From the IMG/VR virus record IMGVR_UViG_3300038559_000036: 39,801 nucleotides of DNA, one strand, 5' to 3'. This document shows positions 34,595-39,801 of the stretch, piece after piece (position 1 is the stretch's first letter; each line of letters starts with the position of its first letter). Source of the stretch: a virus. Below the pieces are notes generated by a model, which did not search any database, was not told the origin of the DNA, and saw only the letters and a list, made by a program, of their open reading frames with translations. The position numbers were made by a program, and so were the translations under genes.

Positions 34595-35079
34595 TTCAAA
34601 AGCTCCAGCGCATCCTCATGTTTAATATTAACTGTTGATTCGCTATGAACTCTGTCGCCATAAATTTTTGGTATTAGTTTTGATGTTAACCATTTACGAG
34701 TGTCAACTCGTAGTCTTGCGTGTTGTATTTCTTCACTAGTAATTTTTGGTTCATCACAAATATCTATAATTTGTTCTGCGAATAGATCGGCCTGAATAAG
34801 TTTAGCCTGTGCGTAGCGTGCAGCAAATTCTGGGTAATTAAAGCGCCATTCCATAAGGGTTTGGCAACAAGGAAAGTCTGGATTTGAATCACACATTCTG
34901 CGCATACCATCTGTGCAAGTGGATACCTTGTGGCAAATTTTATTTGCTAATGCTTCCGTATAATTTGTTGGTCTGCCAGGAGTGTGTTTACTTTTTACGC
35001 TTAGCTTGATTGTGGGTAGTTTTGCTATCTGTTTTTTTAACTTCTCGCGATTCTTCTCTTTTTGCGTCATTGGTGACAT
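34591..35079 (-). CDS. terS: Terminase small subunit
   Basis: GRPTNYTEALANKICHKVS...TLMEWRFNYPEFAARYAQAKLIQADLFAEQIIDICDE...RLRVDTRKWLTSKLIPKIYGDR matches the widespread TerS pattern (GRP..Yt.e.a..IC ... W......F...Y..A......d......D.......R...D.rKW..sK..PkkYGd). Confidence 0.7.
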   Translation of the reverse strand: MSPMTQKEKNREKLKKQIAKLPTIKLSVKSKHTPGRPTNYTEALANKICHKVSTCTDGMRRMCDSNPDFPCCQTLMEWRFNYPEFAARYAQAKLIQADLFAEQIIDICDEPKITSEEIQHARLRVDTRKWLTSKLIPKIYGDRVHSESTVNIKHEDALELLK

Positions 35080-35254
35080 CCTTGTCTATTGTTGGTTTAA
35101 CTTCCCCATCATTTAAAGTAATGCTATCGCCACTCCATGGCTCGTCTGGGGTTTTTTCTAAGCCTGTGCCTTTACAGATGCCGCATTCACCCATTATCAT
35201 CCCTAGTTTCATAATCTTTTTATTGCCGTTACAGGCTGTACATCTGCGCTTCAT
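34988..35254 (-). CDS. Small zinc-finger protein (DnaJ-type CxxCxGxG x2)
   Basis: CTACNGNK and CGICKGTG motifs lie in the first 35 aa. The C-terminal 30 codons overlap terS in another frame. Confidence 0.5.
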   Translation of the reverse strand: MKRRCTACNGNKKIMKLGMIMGECGICKGTGLEKTPDEPWSGDSITLNDGEVKPTIDKDVTNDAKREESREVKKTDSKTTHNQAKRKK

Positions 35255-35289
35255 AATATGAACCTCCTTGTTATATTATAGTTTATTAA

Positions 35290-35688
35290 TCATTTACAAA
35301 GCATGCCAATTATTCCGCCTAAACCAGCTATTAAAAATGCCATAATCCAACGGTGGTTAATGCTCATCTCGCTTCTAAGTAAACCAATTTCTGTTTTTAA
35401 GTCTTGTCTTGCTAAATCAAATTTAGAGTCAGTTCTAGTTTCCAGATTGGCAATATCTTGTCTTGCTAAATCAAATTTAAAGTCAGTTCTAGTTTCCAGA
35501 TTGGCAATATCTTTTCTAACTAAATCAAATTTAGAGTCAGTTCTAGTTTCCAGATGTTGTAAATATTCTTTAGTTGCCAAATGACTAATAGCATTATCAA
35601 ATGCCATTGCTTGATTAAATGCTTGTTCGTCTGGTATTCCTGCTTTAACTAATTCATGGTAATAAACTAATGCGTTTGATGTTGCCAT
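35290..35688 (-). CDS. DUF1640-like coiled-coil protein with C-terminal TM anchor and 18-aa tandem repeats (paralogue 5 of 6)
   Basis: MATSNALVYYHELVKAGIPDEQAFNQA...HLATKEYLQHLE, then ETRTDSKFDL(V/A)R(K/Q)DIANL about 3 times, then the TM tail IMAFLIAGLGGIIGML. ATG 35688 is preferred because it has the same GGGGGATTGAAT leader as paralogue 6. Confidence 0.75.
   Translation of the reverse strand: MATSNALVYYHELVKAGIPDEQAFNQAMAFDNAISHLATKEYLQHLETRTDSKFDLVRKDIANLETRTDFKFDLARQDIANLETRTDSKFDLARQDLKTEIGLLRSEMSINHRWIMAFLIAGLGGIIGMLCK
35403..35554. repeat. 54-bp tandem repeat, 2.8 copies, inside paralogue 5
   Basis: Units start at 35403, 35457 and 35511. Read directly, with a few substitutions. Confidence 0.9.
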
Positions 35689-35704
35689 ATTCAATCCCCC
35701 TTTT

Positions 35705-35986
35705 TTATATTATCCTAAAGTACTTTAAAACGATGGCCACAATAATAGGTAATATAAATCCTACTAATAATGTGCTTCCTAAGGAATACACGAAGAAAAT
35801 TTTTAAGTCTTTTTCTAGCATTTGTAATCCATTAGTAAACTCATTTTTGGTTAATAATAAATCTTCTTTGGTTACTAAATCAGAATGATAAACTCCTAAG
35901 GACTTTACCGCTGTCATTGCCTGAGCCTCAGTATAACCACCTTCTAAGTATTCTTTGTACATTTGTAATGTATCTATGTTTGCCAT
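35705..35986 (-). CDS. DUF1640-like coiled-coil protein with C-terminal TM anchor (paralogue 6 of 6)
   Basis: MANIDTLQMYKEYLEGGYTEAQAMTAVKSL...DLVTKEDLLL followed by the TM tail LLVGFILPIIVAIVL. It is nearly identical at the N-terminus to paralogue 4. Confidence 0.75.
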   Translation of the reverse strand: MANIDTLQMYKEYLEGGYTEAQAMTAVKSLGVYHSDLVTKEDLLLTKNEFTNGLQMLEKDLKIFFVYSLGSTLLVGFILPIIVAIVLKYFRII

Positions 35987-35988
35987 AT

Positions 35989-36168
35989 TCAATCCCCCTT
36001 TTTATTATTATCTTCTTTTTTAATTCTTTCTTCCAGCCAAAATCTAGCCAAGCTAGATGGCGACATGCCCCTTTTACGTGCAAGTACGCTTAATTTATTA
36101 CGCGTTATGGATGTCAATCTCACACTTAAAGGAGTTCCTAATAACTCTTTTTCTGTTTTATCCAACAT
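35989..36168 (-). CDS. Ribbon-helix-helix (CopG/Arc-type) regulator, 59 aa, first gene of the leftward operon
   Basis: Hand translation gives MLDKTEKELLGTPLSVRLTSITRNKLSVLARKRGMSPSSLARFWLEERIKKEDNNKKGD, a beta-strand plus two-helix RHH pattern. It is below the track cutoff and abuts the divergent control region. Confidence 0.55.
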   Translation of the reverse strand: MLDKTEKELLGTPLSVRLTSITRNKLSVLARKRGMSPSSLARFWLEERIKKEDNNKKGD

Positions 36169-36184
36169 TTTTATAAACTACCTC

Positions 36185-36212
36185 TTGACATTGTGTCGTT
36201 TTGTATTACAAT
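36185..36212 (+). promoter_or_regulatory. Rightward early promoter candidate TTGACA-16-TACAAT with overlapping 7-bp inverted repeat
   Basis: TTGACA at 36185..36190 and TACAAT at 36207..36212. ACATTGT at 36188..36194 and ACAATGT at 36208..36214 form an operator-like inverted repeat covering both hexamers. Confidence 0.45.
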
Positions 36213-36219
36213 GTAGTTA

Positions 36220-36247
36220 TTATTACACAAAAACATAAAAATTACAA
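36220..36247 (-). promoter_or_regulatory. Leftward promoter candidate TTGTAA-16-TAATAA (minus strand)
   Basis: Hexamers read by eye on the minus strand. It would fire towards the RHH gene through the same inverted repeat, face-to-face with the rightward promoter. Confidence 0.3.
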
Positions 36248-36260
36248 GAAGAGGCAAATA

Positions 36261-36434
36261 ATGAGAACTTATACTATCAATACAGAATATGTCCAAGAGC
36301 GTCCGTTTTTTAACTGGATAGCCAACCTAGACAATTATTCGGGTGGCGATTGCCTTGGAAAAGGTGATACCGAATTCGAGGCAATAGAAGATTTATTTAA
36401 TCAATTAGAATTGAACCAGGAGGAAATAATATGA
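36261..36434 (+). CDS. Small acidic early protein
   Basis: ATG 36261 (MRTYTINTEYVQERPFFNW...) has an AGAGG RBS. The track start at 36201 lies inside the promoter. It overlaps the next gene by 4 nt. Confidence 0.5.
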   Translation: MRTYTINTEYVQERPFFNWIANLDNYSGGDCLGKGDTEFEAIEDLFNQLELNQEEII

Positions 36435-37294
36435 TAAACGGTATATACGACAATTTAGACATTAACGAATACCACGCAGATAATAGCATTAGCTCAACTG
36501 GTATCAATTTGATACTAGATTGTCCTAAACGGTATTACTACGAATATCACGTAAAACGTACAGAGTTAGACGAGAAAGAATTAAAGAAACAAGCAGAAAA
36601 ATATAAGCTCGGACGTGCTGTTCATACACTTGTATTAGAGCCAAAAAAATTCGATAATACCTTTTATTGTATGACAGAATCAGTGAATTTATCTACAAAG
36701 ATTGGTAAAGAGATTTACGCTCAAGCTGAGATTACAGCTAATGGACGAGATATTTTAAGAACTGGCGAATGGGAAGATATTAAAGACATGGCTAACGTTA
36801 TAGCTGCACATCCTGTTTGGAACGAGCTAAAAGACGGTAAAGTTGAGCAATCTATATTTTGGGAAGGTGGCACATTTGATACACCACTTAGATCAAGGCC
36901 AGATATTTTTAATGATAAATTAATAATTGATCTTAAAACCACTGATTCAATTAAAGCGTTTTCAAATTCTATTTATCAGTATGGCTATCATAGACAAGCT
37001 GCTATGCAGATAGACGCATTAAAACAATTAGATGGTAAAAAAAGATTCTTTGCCTTTTTCGTAGTTGAGAAAAAACCGCCTTATTTAACAGCCTGCTTTA
37101 CTTTAGACGAAGGCTCGTTAGCGCAAGGCAGACTAGAATATCTAGATGGTGCAGCTTTATATACTGAATGTGTAAGATATAAAGAATGGCCAGGGTATGA
37201 AGAAAAATTCCAATTAATATCATTACCTAATTGGGCAAAAATGAAAGAATTAGATAATCAAGCAGGGGGATTAAAATGCTTAGCTCAAATGTAA
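36431..37294 (+). CDS. RecE-like PD-(D/E)xK exonuclease (DUF3799-type)
   Basis: It has the N-terminal YHADNSISSTGINLIL.CP..YYYEY, RPDIFNDKLIIDLKTTDS (D...DxK) and a QYGYHRQAAMQ motif. It is paired with a RecT-like gene. Confidence 0.75.
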   Translation: MINGIYDNLDINEYHADNSISSTGINLILDCPKRYYYEYHVKRTELDEKELKKQAEKYKLGRAVHTLVLEPKKFDNTFYCMTESVNLSTKIGKEIYAQAEITANGRDILRTGEWEDIKDMANVIAAHPVWNELKDGKVEQSIFWEGGTFDTPLRSRPDIFNDKLIIDLKTTDSIKAFSNSIYQYGYHRQAAMQIDALKQLDGKKRFFAFFVVEKKPPYLTACFTLDEGSLAQGRLEYLDGAALYTECVRYKEWPGYEEKFQLISLPNWAKMKELDNQAGGLKCLAQM

Positions 37295-38196
37295 AGCCAA
37301 TTAAACCAAAACAAACGTTAACAGAACTTTTAGCGGATACTGATAGCAATATCTATTATACCCTTAAAAATTCGATTTATCCTGGCGCTAAAGATGAATC
37401 TATAGGAATGGTTTTAGCATATTGTAAAGCTAAAAAGTATGATCCAATAGCAAAACCTGTTCATATTGTGCCTATGAGTGTAAAAAACAGTCAAACTGGT
37501 AGTTATGAATATAGGGATGTTTTAATGCCTGGTATTGCATCATATCGTATTGACGCTGATAGAACTGGGCTATATTTGGGAATTAGCGAACCTGAATACG
37601 GTCCAACGATAACAGAAAGGTTGGGAACTATAGAAATATCTTATCCTGAATGGTGTAAGATGACTGTAGAAAAATATAATCCTACTAGCGGTAAAAGCTC
37701 TTTCTTTTCTGCCAAAGAGTATTGGAAAGAAAACTACGCAAACAAGGGTAAAATAAAAGGAACATCACAAGTTGATGAAACCCCTAATGCTATGTGGGCA
37801 AAAAGACCTTTTGGACAAATAGCTAAATGTACAGAGGCTCAAGCACTTAGGAAAGCTTTTTCAGATGTTCTTGGTGTGCATCCAACCTTTGAAGAAATGG
37901 AAGGTAAAGAGCCGAAAGATGTTGTTAGTGTTGTAGATCTAGTTGATGTCGGCGCTACCGTTACTGCTGAACAATTAGATATTGTTAAAAGCAAAATAAT
38001 ATTGTCGGATAGCGAAGAAATAGCGTTATGTAATTATCTAAAAATTAACAGTTTAGATCATATGCTAGCAAAAGATTTCGCTGATGTTATAAGGCAGCTT
38101 GATAAAAAAATTGATAAGCAACAAAAGATTAATAGTTTGCCTATTAACAAAGTGTTTGAAGAAATCAGCACAAATGACTTGCAAGAGGCAAATTAA
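37276..38196 (+). CDS. recT: RecT/Bet-family single-strand annealing protein
   Basis: MVLAYCKAKKYDPIAKPVHIVPM, PGIASYRIDADRTG and NAMWAKRPFGQIAKCTEAQALRKAF match the RecT/Bet core (W....p..Ml..KA...a.R.AF). Confidence 0.8.
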   Translation: MLSSNVKPIKPKQTLTELLADTDSNIYYTLKNSIYPGAKDESIGMVLAYCKAKKYDPIAKPVHIVPMSVKNSQTGSYEYRDVLMPGIASYRIDADRTGLYLGISEPEYGPTITERLGTIEISYPEWCKMTVEKYNPTSGKSSFFSAKEYWKENYANKGKIKGTSQVDETPNAMWAKRPFGQIAKCTEAQALRKAFSDVLGVHPTFEEMEGKEPKDVVSVVDLVDVGATVTAEQLDIVKSKIILSDSEEIALCNYLKINSLDHMLAKDFADVIRQLDKKIDKQQKINSLPINKVFEEISTNDLQEAN

Positions 38197-38350
38197 AATA
38201 TTACCATTATCCTGCATTTTTTTATTCTTAGATCTGTTAGTGATTTGAAAGACCGCTAACAGATTACTCCTGACCTAAAGGAGCTTCTAGAACTTCTTTA
38301 GGTTAGCTTAATGAGAATATCCTAAATTGTTAATTAATCATGGCTGATAT

Positions 38351-38397
38351 TTAGCCCTTACGGTCCTCCCTGGGTTTCCGTATGGGCTAAATTTTTT
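38351..38397 (+). terminator. Rho-independent terminator of the early rightward operon
   Basis: ttagcccttacgg ... ccgtatgggctaa forms a 13-bp imperfect stem, followed by attttttat. Confidence 0.6.
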
Positions 38398-38404
38398 ATG
38401 GCTA

Positions 38405-39124
38405 TTAATGTCTGCTTTTTTGTTGTTCTAAGATTTTCCTAAGATAAGCCCCCTTGTTTTTTATTTGGATCCCTTTTTTCTTTTCGTGTTCTCTCATAGC
38501 TACAATTATTTCAGTTAGTGCAGTAAACCCAAACTCGTTAACCCACCTATCTACCGATTTCTTATTTACCTTCATCATCAACAAATCATTTTTTATATCA
38601 ATTTGTTGCTCTTTAATCATATGATTTTTATTTAATGATTGTGATATATGATTATGGGTGGGCGCTGTGACTACAGCCCCCCTGGTCTCTCTGGGTACAG
38701 CTCCTATGTTCTCTGGGACTATAGGTAAAGAATTATCCACAGGGTTATACATAGAAATTGGCATGTTATCCACATAGTTATCCACAGCGTCAGTATAAGT
38801 AGGCATTTGAATAGCTACGTGCCTTGGAAGTAACGACAGGTTAATTTTATATTCGTTAGCTTTATGCGTTTGACTGTTGCCCTGCTTTATTAAAACTATC
38901 CGTTTTTTATCTAATAAAGCTTTTATAGTTCGTTGAATAGTACTCTTAGAAAACTTAAGTTCAGCAACTAGAGTGTTAAGGCCAGGATAAATATTAGTTC
39001 CGTCCTCGCTGGCATATAAGGCCATCCTGGCGTAAACAGCGGTCTCAATTCCTGTTAGTCGATACTTCCCATTAGAATCCTTGGCCTGGTCGCGAAATGC
39101 AGCCAGCATTAACATAAAACACAT
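38405..39124 (-). CDS. Replication initiation/organiser protein (N-terminal winged HTH, C-terminal DnaD-like tail) containing DnaA boxes
   Basis: LTGIETAVYARMALYASEDGTNIYPGLNTLVAELKFSKSTIQRTIKALLDKKRIV is wHTH-like. The C-terminal VDRWVNEFGFTALTEIIVAMREHEKKKGIQIKNKGAYLRKIL follows the DnaD/DnaB_2 pattern (W....g.....i..A........i.n..aYl..IL). Confidence 0.6.
   Translation of the reverse strand: MCFMLMLAAFRDQAKDSNGKYRLTGIETAVYARMALYASEDGTNIYPGLNTLVAELKFSKSTIQRTIKALLDKKRIVLIKQGNSQTHKANEYKINLSLLPRHVAIQMPTYTDAVDNYVDNMPISMYNPVDNSLPIVPENIGAVPRETRGAVVTAPTHNHISQSLNKNHMIKEQQIDIKNDLLMMKVNKKSVDRWVNEFGFTALTEIIVAMREHEKKKGIQIKNKGAYLRKILEQQKSRH
38733..38786 (+). promoter_or_regulatory. Three perfect direct DnaA-box 9-mers TTATCCACA inside the replication-protein gene
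   Basis: Boxes at 38733..38741, 38766..38774 and 38778..38786, read directly. On the minus strand they encode the VDN(Y/M/S) repeats of the protein. Confidence 0.6.
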
Positions 39125-39158
39125 GTAATTTACTCCCTGTAAATAACTGACGTTTGGT

Positions 39159-39187
39159 TTGACTTTAGTGGCTAATCGTCTGATACT
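39159..39187 (+). promoter_or_regulatory. Promoter candidate TTGACT-17-GATACT, antisense to the leader of 38405..39124
   Basis: Hexamers read at 39159..39164 and 39182..39187. Confidence 0.35.
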
Positions 39188-39193
39188 TTCCCT

Positions 39194-39248
39194 TTATCCA
39201 TGCAAAATAATTTTGCCCTAGGAACTTAACTCCGCCTAGGGCGTTTTT
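39194..39248 (+). ncRNA. Candidate ~55-nt countertranscript (antisense to replication-gene leader)
   Basis: It is bounded by the promoter candidate above and by the hairpin gccctagg-N12-cctagggc (39215..39242) followed by gttttt. No plus-strand ORF is present here. Confidence 0.25.
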
Positions 39249-39250
39249 AT

Positions 39251-39279
39251 ATTAAACTCTGTACTCTTAAAGCCGTCAA
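39251..39279 (-). promoter_or_regulatory. Promoter candidate for 38405..39124 (minus strand TTGACG-17-TTTAAT)
   Basis: Hexamers read by eye on the minus strand. It would give a ~120-nt leader that contains the complement of the hairpin. Confidence 0.3.
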
Positions 39280-39306
39280 TTATTAAGATGCTTTAAATAT
39301 AAACAA

Positions 39307-39345
39307 CCAAAAGATACCACTAGCGCATTCTAATGCCGCTAGTGG
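39307..39345 (-). terminator. Hairpin ccactagcg-N11-cgctagtgg followed on the minus strand by tatcttttgg
   Basis: A 9-bp perfect stem, read directly. It could stop minus-strand transcription entering from the repeat array. Confidence 0.35.
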
Positions 39346-39402
39346 TTAAGGAAATTAAATGTACATTAACACATTAGACTGCGTTTTAAAATTAACTATA
39401 GT

Positions 39403-39801
39403 ACTTGCTGCTCTTGATGGTTGTATCCGTTATGACTCTAAATATTCAATACCCATAACGGATGTGATTTAACCATCAGCTTATTATAATAATTCTTGTT
39501 CAAATATGAACAATTAAAAAGTTTGTTAATGTTTTATAACTTGCTGCTCTTGATGGTTGTATCCGTTATGACTCTAAATATTCAATACCCATAACGGATG
39601 TGATTTAACCATCAGCTTATTATAATAATTCTTGTTCAAATATGAACAATTAAAAAGTTTGTTAATGTTTTATAACTTGCTGCTCTTGATGGTTGTATCC
39701 GTTATGACTCTAAATATTCAATACCCATAACGGATGTGATTTAACCATCAGCTTATTATAATAATTCTTGTTCAAATATGAACAATTAAAAAGTTTGTTA
39801 A
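39403..39801. repeat. 136-bp tandem repeat array (2.9 copies in window, continues into 1..119)
   Basis: The unit landmark TTGTATCCGT recurs at 39421, 39557 and 39693, exactly 136 bp apart, and the copies look identical. Each unit holds nested inverted repeats (cttgatggtt/aaccatcag, atccgttatg/cataacggat) and the palindrome ttgttca-aata-tgaacaa. Confidence 0.95.

Larger units (their letters stand above)
1..39801. mobile_element. Self-closing temperate-phage genome with plasmid-type maintenance genes (candidate phage-plasmid)
   Basis: 1..109 is identical to 39693..39801. The window holds full packaging, head, tail, lysis, recombination, partition and replication gene sets. No housekeeping genes flank it and no integrase-like ORF is present. 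Confidence 0.75.

Noticed and set aside
39403-39801. Telomere-resolution site of an N15-like linear plasmid prophage
   Set aside because: The palindromes are short and repeated in tandem rather than forming one large telomere palindrome. No protelomerase-sized ORF exists in the window, and the identical 109-bp ends fit circular closure better.
1-39801. tRNA or rRNA genes
   Set aside because: No cloverleaf-like segment (for example a GGTTCGAATCC-type T-arm) or rRNA-like conserved block was noticed in the intergenic regions. All larger gaps are AT-rich control regions or repeats.

Overview
This AT-rich 39.8-kb window appears to be one complete mobile genome, not a chromosomal segment. Bases 1..109 are identical to 39693..39801, so the sequence closes on itself, either as a circular molecule with an assembly overlap or through terminal redundancy. 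About 26 kb of the minus strand is a late operon in P22-like podovirus order: small and large terminase, portal with a Q-rich C-terminal coiled coil, scaffold, major capsid, gp4/gp10-like head-completion proteins, three ejection-type proteins, tailspike and tail-fibre genes including a 1507-aa mosaic fibre, then a lysis cassette. An early plus-strand operon (36261..38196) encodes a RecE-like exonuclease and a RecT/Bet annealase. I find no integrase or protelomerase. Maintenance genes are plasmid-like instead: a ParA ATPase (2174..3145) and, next to it, a 477-aa DNA-binding protein whose gene carries 21 copies of an 11-bp repeat. There is also a second wHTH/DnaD-like replication protein with three perfect DnaA boxes inside its gene, an inverted DnaA-box pair upstream of parA, a 136-bp tandem repeat array at the closure point, a relBE module, and orphan yefM and higA antitoxin genes. 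I therefore read it as a candidate phage-plasmid. Accessory insertions interrupt the morphogenesis operon. One lies between terL and portal and holds an iteron-like array, decayed genes and a duplicated gene end. Another lies between portal and scaffold and holds an orphan beta-class adenine methyltransferase, small proteins and toxin-antitoxin genes. A third lies between the tailspike and ejection genes. A six-member paralogous family of small coiled-coil proteins with a C-terminal membrane anchor (DUF1640-like, reminiscent of Borrelia Bdr) is scattered across the genome. All functional calls rest on motifs read by eye, gene order and family knowledge from memory; no database search was run.
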